This document shows, piece by piece, positions 18,809 to 25,812 of a DNA stretch of 40,159 nt (the first letter of the stretch is position 1; every line of letters starts with the position of its first letter). The DNA is from a virus. The stretch lies in IMG/VR virus record IMGVR_UViG_3300028916_000007. One strand, given 5' to 3'. The notes beneath the pieces are model-generated. The model was not told the origin of the DNA. It did not search any database and saw only the letters and a program-made list of their open reading frames with translations. A program made the translations under genes and the position numbers.

Positions 18809-19012
18809 TTAGCTCGCCTTCTTCATGACTATCTTCTCGCCGCCACTCCATTTCCGAAGGGCTGCAATCATCGGAAAGAGTACGGTGCCTATCGCAGCTA
18901 TCTGTTCTACAGACAATTGGATCAGGCCGAATGAGGCCGCCAGTGATGCCATTGTGCCCAGGAATGCTATTAGCATAGTCTGAGACTCCCAAGGATATTG
19001 TTCATCTACCAT
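18809..19012 (-). CDS. Two-TM small membrane protein (holin-like topology)
   Basis: 67 aa with two hydrophobic segments (MLIAFLGTMASLAASFGLI and IAAIGTVLFPMIAAL) and a basic C-terminus. Confidence 0.45.
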   Translation of the reverse strand: MVDEQYPWESQTMLIAFLGTMASLAASFGLIQLSVEQIAAIGTVLFPMIAALRKWSGGEKIVMKKAS

Positions 19013-19083
19013 ATCAGTACCTCATGCATCGAGCCACCAATGGCTCACGGGATTTATTATTGACATTATTATGAAAAATATGG

Positions 19084-19434
19084 TTATTTGTTGAGATGCT
19101 TCTCGATATATTTTTTCAGTTCGCCGCTATGCGCCTCTACCGCTTGCGTGATGAATTTGGCATGGCCGGTCGTGTGATTCAATGTCATATCCTGATGCTG
19201 CCGGAAAATGTAGTCTTTGGCCGCGCCACCGCCGCCCACATAGCAGCGAGAGTTCTTGTCGTCGCGCTCCACTCCTAGCGAATTCCTCATAGTGCCGCCG
19301 CGCACCAGTGCCACCGGGCAGCCTTCTTTCGCTTCGGTCAGGATCGACCCGCGGGCCAGCTCCTCTACGCCGTCCATAGCCTTGTCATGCTCCGACTTCA
19401 GGAAGGCGGAGTGATCCCACTTGATGACAGCCAT
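19084..19434 (-). CDS. HK97 gp10-like head-tail joining protein
   Basis: 116 aa. Overall resemblance to the HK97-gp10-like family (..MDGVEELARGSILTEAKEGCPV..GTMRNSLGVE..GGGGAAKDY..HAKFITQAVE), plus position. Confidence 0.5.
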   Translation of the reverse strand: MAVIKWDHSAFLKSEHDKAMDGVEELARGSILTEAKEGCPVALVRGGTMRNSLGVERDDKNSRCYVGGGGAAKDYIFRQHQDMTLNHTTGHAKFITQAVEAHSGELKKYIEKHLNK

Positions 19435-19555
19435 AGAAATATATCCTACGAAATGCTATCTATGCATATGATACTCACGAAAACCGTAGGCGGTAGAGCC
19501 GTAATCGAAGAGATACCAGACTTCACTCACGAACTTGAGGAATTGGGTATAGTGA

Positions 19556-19870
19556 TCACGTATACAGCACAGTTGCATATGCCCCGCCCTTCTCATCCCA
19601 CTTCTTTTCTATCTTCAGGATGGGCGGATTCTTCCCGCCGTATGTGATTTTGGCGCTATCTGCAATCGTCGGATGTCCATCGAGATAGATCTGCAGGGAG
19701 GAAACGGCAGCAGTGCCGTTCTTGTCGATGATGTTTTTGACCACCTCCTTGGCATGGCAGGCATAAGCTACCGCTGCGGAATATACCGGCCCGTAAAGCC
19801 CGGTGCTGCTCACGGCCTGGATGGAAACGGACTGTGCCATTTCGTCCGGGAAGTCATCAGCCAGACTCAT
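19556..19870 (-). CDS. Head-closure / head-tail adaptor-like protein
   Basis: 104 aa. Size and position are typical of a head-closure protein. No strict motif. Confidence 0.4.
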   Translation of the reverse strand: MSLADDFPDEMAQSVSIQAVSSTGLYGPVYSAAVAYACHAKEVVKNIIDKNGTAAVSSLQIYLDGHPTIADSAKITYGGKNPPILKIEKKWDEKGGAYATVLYT

Positions 19871-20069
19871 ATCTGCACCAATCCAACCCCAATACGGTGA
19901 GTATCTCCTCTACGAAAGCCGCTTCTTTGTGGCAGGACCAAATGGGGTTTCCATCGGTATCTTGCAACACGACCCAATCATCCTTGAGGGTCACTCTACA
20001 TTTCTGAAACTCTGGCTTTATGTCGATATTCTTCGCGAGAATATCATCAAAATGATTGAGTGGCCTCAT
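19857..20069 (-). CDS. Hypothetical protein
   Basis: 70-aa ORF whose ATG overlaps the TGA of the upstream micro-ORF (ATGA). Confidence 0.4.
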   Translation of the reverse strand: MRPLNHFDDILAKNIDIKPEFQKCRVTLKDDWVVLQDTDGNPIWSCHKEAAFVEEILTVLGLDWCRYESG

Positions 20070-20215
20070 CCTTCCCCCCGGATGATCGCCTTCCGCCGAA
20101 CCGTGCCCACTGCTATCTGATTGAGCTTTTCATCGCAGATGCTTCGCATGTGGCGGATCTCTGCCTCAGTCCAGCTATTCATGATTGCCCGCCAATCTAT
20201 ATCAGTGAACCTCAT
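20066..20215 (-). CDS. Unannotated 49-aa protein
   Basis: Hand translation gives MRFTDIDWRAIMNSWTEAEIRHMRSICDEKLNQIAVGTVRRKAIIRGEG. ATGA overlaps with both neighbours (20212-20215 and 20066-20069). Confidence 0.45.
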   Translation of the reverse strand: MRFTDIDWRAIMNSWTEAEIRHMRSICDEKLNQIAVGTVRRKAIIRGEG

Positions 20216-20622
20216 GAATCCTCCCAATCCGGCCCGGCCAACTCAGTAGACTCAAACTCGTCTGGATATCCGGCCACATCCGCCACCTGCCCCGCTTCCG
20301 GTGCCGTGAAGCTGGCGTTCTCCATGGCAGCCTCGTCTTCCAGCGCCGCAATCACATTCAGCATGGCCTTGTGGCGCTGGCTCCTGGAGGTCTTCAGGCC
20401 ATCAATGTCCTTGTCGAACTCCTTTGCCAGCTTCGCGGCTGCGGCTTTTGCGGCCTTCAGAGCGCCGCCTAGGAGGTCCGATCCTGCCTGGGCATAGAAG
20501 AAAGCGATGGCCTCATCACTCAGAATGGGATCTGTGGTCACATCCACATCCCCGATCATGCCCCTGATCTGGTCCCGGACCAGGGAGAAGTCGGCGGCGA
20601 AGGTATATGTCGGCGCGGTCAT
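20212..20622 (-). CDS. Head-tail connector-like protein (gp6-like position)
   Basis: 136 aa and acidic. SLVRDQIRGMIGDVDVTTDPILSDEAIAFFYAQAG resembles connector/adaptor N-termini. GAGG SD upstream. Confidence 0.4.
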   Translation of the reverse strand: MTAPTYTFAADFSLVRDQIRGMIGDVDVTTDPILSDEAIAFFYAQAGSDLLGGALKAAKAAAAKLAKEFDKDIDGLKTSRSQRHKAMLNVIAALEDEAAMENASFTAPEAGQVADVAGYPDEFESTELAGPDWEDS

Positions 20623-20752
20623 AAAACCTCATGAAAACGTATAGTGACGATTAATCTTCTTTATTGCAGATAAAAACGGCAAATGTGATTCATATCTCTT
20701 CAACTGGTCCATCAGTACGGTCGATCCAGTGAACGTGACATGTTGCTTGGCG

Positions 20753-20868
20753 TCTGTGACTGCGTGGCAACTGATATTCGAATTCGTATCCGACTGCTGA
20801 TTATTCGCATTACGTGCCTGCGAACTGCAATTCGTGGCATTATTCCAATTGCTGCCTGCAATAACTGC
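20753..20868 (-). repeat. DGR template repeat (TR): adenine-rich donor copy
   Basis: Gapless match to 20932-21047 (offset 179). All but one difference lie at positions where this copy has A on the minus strand. Its translation is Asn-rich (SNWNNATNCSSQARNANNQQSDTNSNIS). It lies ~54 nt downstream of the target gene's stop. Confidence 0.85.
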
Positions 20869-20921
20869 TCGACTCGCCCAACCTATTACCGGCCTACGCT
20901 TCACATAGGCACGAATAACGA

Positions 20922-22025
20922 CTACTGTGGCTCCGCGACCGCGCGGCAACCGACAGCCGAACCCACATCCGACCGCCGATTAGACGCACCACGCGCCCGC
21001 GAACCGCAATACGCGGCATTACTCCAAACGCCGCCCGCAATAACCGCAGCTTGTGCCTGGTATGTCCCTTGGCCATAATGAGATCCTCTGGTGCCAGAAA
21101 TATTTTCGTATCCGAACGCGATCGCCGCTGCATAATCCGCGCCTGCTATGTAGCTCTGCTGATTCTGAAGCCAAGTCCACCAGACACCGGACATGTCTTC
21201 CAAGCCGATATTGCTAATCATGCGACGGCCCGTGGTTGATATATGCCCACCCACGGTCGTTGGGTTTGTCGATCCTGCGATATTGACTTCTTCTTCTTGA
21301 CCTGCGTGTAGCTGAGCAAACTCCCAGTCGTCCATCATCCGGGCACCGATGTTCTTCAGGTCATCGGCGAAATCATAGAAATTCCTGGAAACGGACGCGA
21401 CTGCTCCGAATACGGATGCGATAGATGCCCCAGTCCCACTGAGGAGGTAGATCGATGCCCAGAGGGGTGCATAATTCAGGCTGTCGAAGTCGGTAGGGCC
21501 GCCCCACGCAAAGCCTGGAAGGAAGCGCCCATAAGGCCGGTGCAGGAGATCCTGGATGGAGCGGGGTAGGACGTCCCCGGCCAGGTATCCGGTCAGGGAG
21601 TGCCCGCTGATCGTGCCCACTGCCACGCATTCGCAATGAAACATTCCAATTTTCCGGCTGGTGCTGGTCGTGTAGCCAGCCGGAGCAGTGGCGTTGGCAG
21701 ATACCACGAAATCCGGCACCCGTCCGCTTGTTGGCTCGCAGGCGTAAAGTCTGAAGTCCTGCCCGGCCCGATTAGCAGCGATCCTGTAGTCGGTAGCTAC
21801 GGAGTCCCATGCAGACTCATCTGAGAGGTCTAGCTCAACCTCCTCCGGATTGTAATATCCCAGACCATTGATCGAGAGCCGCATCTCGGGAATTATGAGG
21901 AGATACCGATCTGCCCCGGTAGTGCCGCCTGGATATGGCGGCGTCTCGCGCTCGTATGCGCCTAGCCCCTGGGCAGCATTCCGATGCACCAGGGCAGGCG
22001 TAAGGAATTGCCCAGGGATTTTCAT
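20922..22025 (-). CDS. DGR target (variable) protein with C-type-lectin / FGE-sulfatase-like C-terminal domain
   Basis: 367 aa. The C-terminal signature GGVW....YCGSRARG.......VGCRAV matches DGR variable proteins (compare GGSW..N.CRSA.R.......GFR..). The VR lies in its last codons. Confidence 0.8.
   Translation of the reverse strand: MKIPGQFLTPALVHRNAAQGLGAYERETPPYPGGTTGADRYLLIIPEMRLSINGLGYYNPEEVELDLSDESAWDSVATDYRIAANRAGQDFRLYACEPTSGRVPDFVVSANATAPAGYTTSTSRKIGMFHCECVAVGTISGHSLTGYLAGDVLPRSIQDLLHRPYGRFLPGFAWGGPTDFDSLNYAPLWASIYLLSGTGASIASVFGAVASVSRNFYDFADDLKNIGARMMDDWEFAQLHAGQEEEVNIAGSTNPTTVGGHISTTGRRMISNIGLEDMSGVWWTWLQNQQSYIAGADYAAAIAFGYENISGTRGSHYGQGTYQAQAAVIAGGVWSNAAYCGSRARGASNRRSDVGSAVGCRAVAEPQ
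20932..21047 (-). repeat. DGR variable repeat (VR) forming the C-terminal ~38 codons of the target gene
   Basis: Same alignment as the TR. It encodes AGGVWSNAAYCGSRARGASNRRSDVGSAVGCRAVAE. The GC-rich 3' end (GTTGCCGCGCGGTCGCGGAG on the coding strand) is a candidate IMH. Confidence 0.85.
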
Positions 22026-22337
22026 CTAGGCCGCCTCGTAGCGATCTAGCATTCCCTGGAGATCTACCTGATCAGCGAATCCGTATCTCTGCCACGTCGG
22101 TATCCAGTTGGGATCTATGCTCGTGATCGGGACATCGATATAATTTTCAGACCCCTCTGGAGATTCAATCTGAGTGGTCGTTGGCTCCACGAGCATGTAC
22201 TGCAGGAGTCCGATGCCTTTCGCAATCAGCTGATCCTTTGCGTTGCGTTCCCTGCGAGTCTTTGTCGGAAGCTCCAACACATTCTCAAAGTCTTGTCTTG
22301 TCGCAAATCCCATATCAGATGTTGATTTCAGTATCAT
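22026..22337 (-). CDS. Hypothetical protein of the DGR-target module
   Basis: 103-aa ORF whose stop abuts the start of the target gene. Confidence 0.4.
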   Translation of the reverse strand: MILKSTSDMGFATRQDFENVLELPTKTRRERNAKDQLIAKGIGLLQYMLVEPTTTQIESPEGSENYIDVPITSIDPNWIPTWQRYGFADQVDLQGMLDRYEAA

Positions 22338-22345
22338 TTCATCAC

Positions 22346-22687
22346 CTACGTAGTATAATAATAGCTAATTCCCTCACCATCGATGTCTGCATCTATGTAG
22401 ATCTCGGAGAGGTTGACGTTTCCTGCAGGCAGGATTCCCCCCGGTGGGAGCTTTGCGCCGGTTGAGTCCACCGCGCTGTCACCTATGTAGACGTTCCCGC
22501 CATTGTCTGGATCGGCCATGATGATCACTTCCTTCGCGTCGATATCTCCGCCGACCGCCACAGCCGTCCCGGCTGTAGTCACAGTTTTCTGACCAGACGC
22601 AGGCGTAGATCCTCCTCCAGCCACGCTGCCAGCTATCGTATCCAGATCACCCCGGACTTCTTGCGTCCATGTGCCCATTTTTTTCAC
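22346..22687 (-). CDS. Hypothetical Gly/Asp-rich protein of the DGR-target module
   Basis: 113-aa ORF containing GGNVYIGDSAVDSTGAKLPPGGILPAGNVNLSEIYIDADIDGEG, which is beta-rich in character. Confidence 0.4.
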   Translation of the reverse strand: MKKMGTWTQEVRGDLDTIAGSVAGGGSTPASGQKTVTTAGTAVAVGGDIDAKEVIIMADPDNGGNVYIGDSAVDSTGAKLPPGGILPAGNVNLSEIYIDADIDGEGISYYYTT

Positions 22688-22691
22688 CTGC

Positions 22692-23081
22692 CTAATACAA
22701 AATCGCTATGTCTTTGCTTGTGCTCAGCATCACATCTATGGCATTTTCGTCTTGCACAGCACTCGAAAATCCGATCTGCGCCACCCCGGCCACAGCAACA
22801 AAGACTATTGAGCCTTTCACGACCACGTACTCGCATTGAGTGTTGTTGCGATCGCTGGCCAGTATTGCGGCCTGCCCGGGATCGCCGGGGCTGCGCAACA
22901 GTGTCAGAGAAAGATCGGCGTCCTGGAGTGTGCCCATTCGGCGGACCACATCATCGTCATCTACTATGATCTCTTTCTGGGTTCGCTTCGTCACAAATTT
23001 GGCTTGGAGTACGCCCCCAATGGCGATATCATCGATCACCACCCCATCGAATGCAACGCGCTCGAACGCCACCCGCATCAC
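22692..23081 (-). CDS. Tube-like protein, paralogue of 16942-17322
   Basis: 129 aa. See the alignment under 16942-17322. Confidence 0.45.
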   Translation of the reverse strand: MMRVAFERVAFDGVVIDDIAIGGVLQAKFVTKRTQKEIIVDDDDVVRRMGTLQDADLSLTLLRSPGDPGQAAILASDRNNTQCEYVVVKGSIVFVAVAGVAQIGFSSAVQDENAIDVMLSTSKDIAILY

Positions 23082-23086
23082 CTACT

Positions 23087-23791
23087 TCATGTTCGGTCCC
23101 AGTACCATATGTCGAGCTGGTTGTCGGTTTCGTTGGTCCCGGCTGCTTTGGTCAGCTCACCGGCGCCGATCGCATATTCGGCGGTGCGGTCAGTGATCGT
23201 TGCCACGGCTGCTTTGGTGGCCTGTGAATGGACGGATATCAGCTCATCCCCCACGGCCATCCCAGCTACGGTAACGGCGGTAGCGGCGGCGGTGCCATCG
23301 GCGAGGACATGCTTGAGTGCAGCAGCCTTGACTTTGACTCCGCTCGCCCCGACTACCAGGGAGGCATCTTCGGCCAGCACAGCGGCGACACCCGCCGAAT
23401 CCGTGAGGCCATTTCCAGTCAGCAGCGCCACGATATCAGAGAATAGATCCTTGTGCGGCGCTCCTGCTGCGTTCTGCGTCAGGAGATAGCCAGTAGACGG
23501 CACAAGGGTTTCATCGGCAGGCGCTACCTTCAGCACCCCATCGACTTCAGTGAGGCCGGATGAGGCCTGAGTTCCGGCTGCCGTCTCGCCAAGGATCTTG
23601 AGTATGTTGGTCAGAGTCATGATCACCGATGCGTCGCTAGCTTCCGAATCGATGCCTGCCACGCTATCAGCCATCACCGGCGCGGTCTTGGAGTCTAACT
23701 CAGAGAGATCTACATCCAGGGTGCCGCCGGAGCCGGTTTTTAGGCCGACTCCCGCATGACGCCCCATGAGGCTTCTTGGTCTGTTGGCCAT
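23087..23791 (-). CDS. Ala/Gly/Thr-rich structural protein downstream of the capsid gene (possible head fibre/decoration)
   Basis: The internal ATG at 23791 (MANRPRSLMG...) lies 8 nt after the capsid stop. The track start at 23908 would overlap the capsid gene by 110 nt. Confidence 0.4.
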   Translation of the reverse strand: MANRPRSLMGRHAGVGLKTGSGGTLDVDLSELDSKTAPVMADSVAGIDSEASDASVIMTLTNILKILGETAAGTQASSGLTEVDGVLKVAPADETLVPSTGYLLTQNAAGAPHKDLFSDIVALLTGNGLTDSAGVAAVLAEDASLVVGASGVKVKAAALKHVLADGTAAATAVTVAGMAVGDELISVHSQATKAAVATITDRTAEYAIGAGELTKAAGTNETDNQLDIWYWDRT

Positions 23792-23798
23792 GAGAACC

Positions 23799-24713
23799 TC
23801 AGTTGATGCCGATCGGCACAATGAAATCGTTGGTGTGCATCTCGATCCCAATCCATCCACCGACTTCAGCATAGATGTTCTGCCCCTTCTGCCGGGGATA
23901 GTTGGCATCTACATTGTAGTCCTCTGGGATTACCAGCTCAGCGGCCTCGGCGGACTTCAGCACGAGATAGACATAGTTGGCCGGGAAGTAGTCGCTCTTC
24001 ACCATCCAGCTATTGTCCCCGGCTGGCCGTCCGAAGATCCTCGGGCCGATCTTGTCTGCGAAGATTTTTCCAAGGTCGTCTTCCTGGAGAAGATAGTTCA
24101 TGTACGCGGGCCTGCCCGCCAGGTAGAGCGTGCCGATCAGGTCAGGATCGATGTAGTTGAGCGCCTTTCGTAGGTCGTCGTAGGGGTCCATGACGGCATC
24201 GGTCTCGGAGCCATCCCATGCGCCGGCGTTGGTGCCTGAGGTGATTGAGCCCAAAGAGTTGGCTGCTGAGGCACCAACCAGGCCGGTGATGCCCAGGGTG
24301 CTGTCACCGTTGATGATCGTGTAGTTCTCGCGCCTGAGGCATTCCATCATTGCCAGGGAAGTATCCCGATTCCAGAGAGAGGGATCGAGGGCAACCTCAT
24401 CCTCATTCCTCTGGATAGCATCGTCTATCCGGTAGATCTGGAAGAGCTTGTCCTTGGCCTTGTTTCCGACGATATCCGGGGAAGTTCCGCCCAGGCTGAT
24501 CCTGGCGTGGGATACGCCGTCCTGGGGGGTGGACATATCGATGTGCCTGATGACATCCTTTCTGATTTTAGGGGCCACGCCGGGCCGCTGCTCGATGAGC
24601 TGGCGGCCTATGTAGCCGTCCTTGTATCGCTGCTGGAAGTCGAGAATAGTCTTCTGCATATTCTGAATGACTTCCGGGGGAATGGAAGAGCCGAAATTGG
24701 GATCTAGAGTCAT
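23799..24713 (-). CDS. Major capsid protein (positional call, lambda gpE-like arrangement)
   Basis: 304 aa. Gene order is portal, MuF/scaffold, decoration-like, this ORF, then connector genes. No strict motif recognised by eye. Confidence 0.6.
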   Translation of the reverse strand: MTLDPNFGSSIPPEVIQNMQKTILDFQQRYKDGYIGRQLIEQRPGVAPKIRKDVIRHIDMSTPQDGVSHARISLGGTSPDIVGNKAKDKLFQIYRIDDAIQRNEDEVALDPSLWNRDTSLAMMECLRRENYTIINGDSTLGITGLVGASAANSLGSITSGTNAGAWDGSETDAVMDPYDDLRKALNYIDPDLIGTLYLAGRPAYMNYLLQEDDLGKIFADKIGPRIFGRPAGDNSWMVKSDYFPANYVYLVLKSAEAAELVIPEDYNVDANYPRQKGQNIYAEVGGWIGIEMHTNDFIVPIGIN

Positions 24714-24725
24714 CTTGAATACCTC

Positions 24726-25430
24726 CTAGAGCACCAGAGCCTTGATCTGGAAGACCTTGTACACCAGATCTGTGGCCGCCACTATCTGCACAGTTGATGC
24801 AAGCTGCATGGTTATTACGGTGCTTGTTAGCGATTTGACCCGGTTGAGCTGACCGTTGCCGTTGACATCTTCCAGAAGGATGTAATCGCCTTCCTTGAGA
24901 TTGAGAAGCGTCAGGTTGGCAGATGAAAAAGTCGCAGTCTTGTCGCCAATCTCGATGTTGCTGGCAGGGGTCTTGTAGCTGGCATCTGTGAGAGTGCAGT
25001 CCTCAAGGGCCTGAGCCAGGACGGTCGTGAGCATCGTTTCGCCAGCGTTGCTTCCGGCCTCGTTGAGAACTCCTAGGTAGCTGGCTGCATTTCCGACAGG
25101 CGCGGCCTCAAGGAAATCACCGTCTACGATGGAGGTGTTGGCCTTGGCGATTACCAGAGCATTGATAATGGCGCCTTTGCGGGCTACCCTGACGATATCA
25201 GGAACGCCAGCATCATTGCTCGCCTGGTAGAATCCATCCTCATCCAGGGTTACGCCGTTCTGGGGCTGCACGGAGAAGCCCAGGATAGTGTCGTCGTTGT
25301 CATCCTTCGAGCCTTTGCATGTCCTCGCAGCAGACCGAACCAAAGCCACGCCGAAGGCCACGTTTGCACCGGCAGCGTAAGGCGTGACGCCCGCCGGACC
25401 CTGCTCTATGAGAGTATCCTTCAGAGCCAT
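24726..25430 (-). CDS. Head decoration-like / auxiliary capsid protein
   Basis: 234 aa, between the scaffold and capsid genes (gpD-like position). Confidence 0.35.
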   Translation of the reverse strand: MALKDTLIEQGPAGVTPYAAGANVAFGVALVRSAARTCKGSKDDNDDTILGFSVQPQNGVTLDEDGFYQASNDAGVPDIVRVARKGAIINALVIAKANTSIVDGDFLEAAPVGNAASYLGVLNEAGSNAGETMLTTVLAQALEDCTLTDASYKTPASNIEIGDKTATFSSANLTLLNLKEGDYILLEDVNGNGQLNRVKSLTSTVITMQLASTVQIVAATDLVYKVFQIKALVL

Positions 25431-25431
25431 T

Positions 25432-25812
25432 TCAGATCACCTTCCCTTCAGCCTTGAGCTTGGCCCTTTCCTGCTCCAGATCGAATCCGCCTTGGCCGCC
25501 TTCTGTGATGGCCCTGCCCTGCAAGCCCCTGGCCTCGCGTGCCTGGACGAACTTGTCCGCGTTCTCCAGCACCCACTTGGCCGGATCTTTCTGATATGCT
25601 TCGAACAGTTCCTTGGACTTCTCCTGATGGCCGGGTTTGAGCTTGCTTTGGAAAGCCTCAAATACCTGGGCCTTCTTGTCAGCCTCGGCCTGAGCCTTCC
25701 AGCTCTTCAGCCCCCCTTCCAGAGCGGTATTTTTCTGCTCCAGGGTAGCGAGCTTTTCCGTGAGAGGCGCTAGGGCCTCGTCAATTGCTTGTTTCATTTC
25801 TTCAAATTCCAT
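25432..25812 (-). CDS. Possible nested in-frame scaffolding protein (internal start)
   Basis: An in-frame ATG at 25812 is preceded by GGAGGAG with 5-nt spacing. It would encode the 126-aa coiled-coil tail only. Confidence 0.3.
   Translation of the reverse strand: MEFEEMKQAIDEALAPLTEKLATLEQKNTALEGGLKSWKAQAEADKKAQVFEAFQSKLKPGHQEKSKELFEAYQKDPAKWVLENADKFVQAREARGLQGRAITEGGQGGFDLEQERAKLKAEGKVI

Noticed and set aside
20629-20949. 106-aa minus-strand ORF with an Asn-rich middle (..SNWNNATNCSSQARNANNQQSDTNSNIS..)
   Set aside because: It is the conceptual translation of the DGR template repeat and its flanks. Its 5' end overlaps the end of the target gene. TRs act as RNA templates, so I do not call it a protein gene.
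23792-23908. Upstream extension of ORF 23087-23908 overlapping the capsid gene by 110 nt
   Set aside because: The extension (MPTIPGRRGRTSMLKSVDGLGSRCTPTISLCRSASTEVL) is out-of-frame shadow sequence of the capsid 3' end. The ATG at 23791 lies just after the capsid stop.
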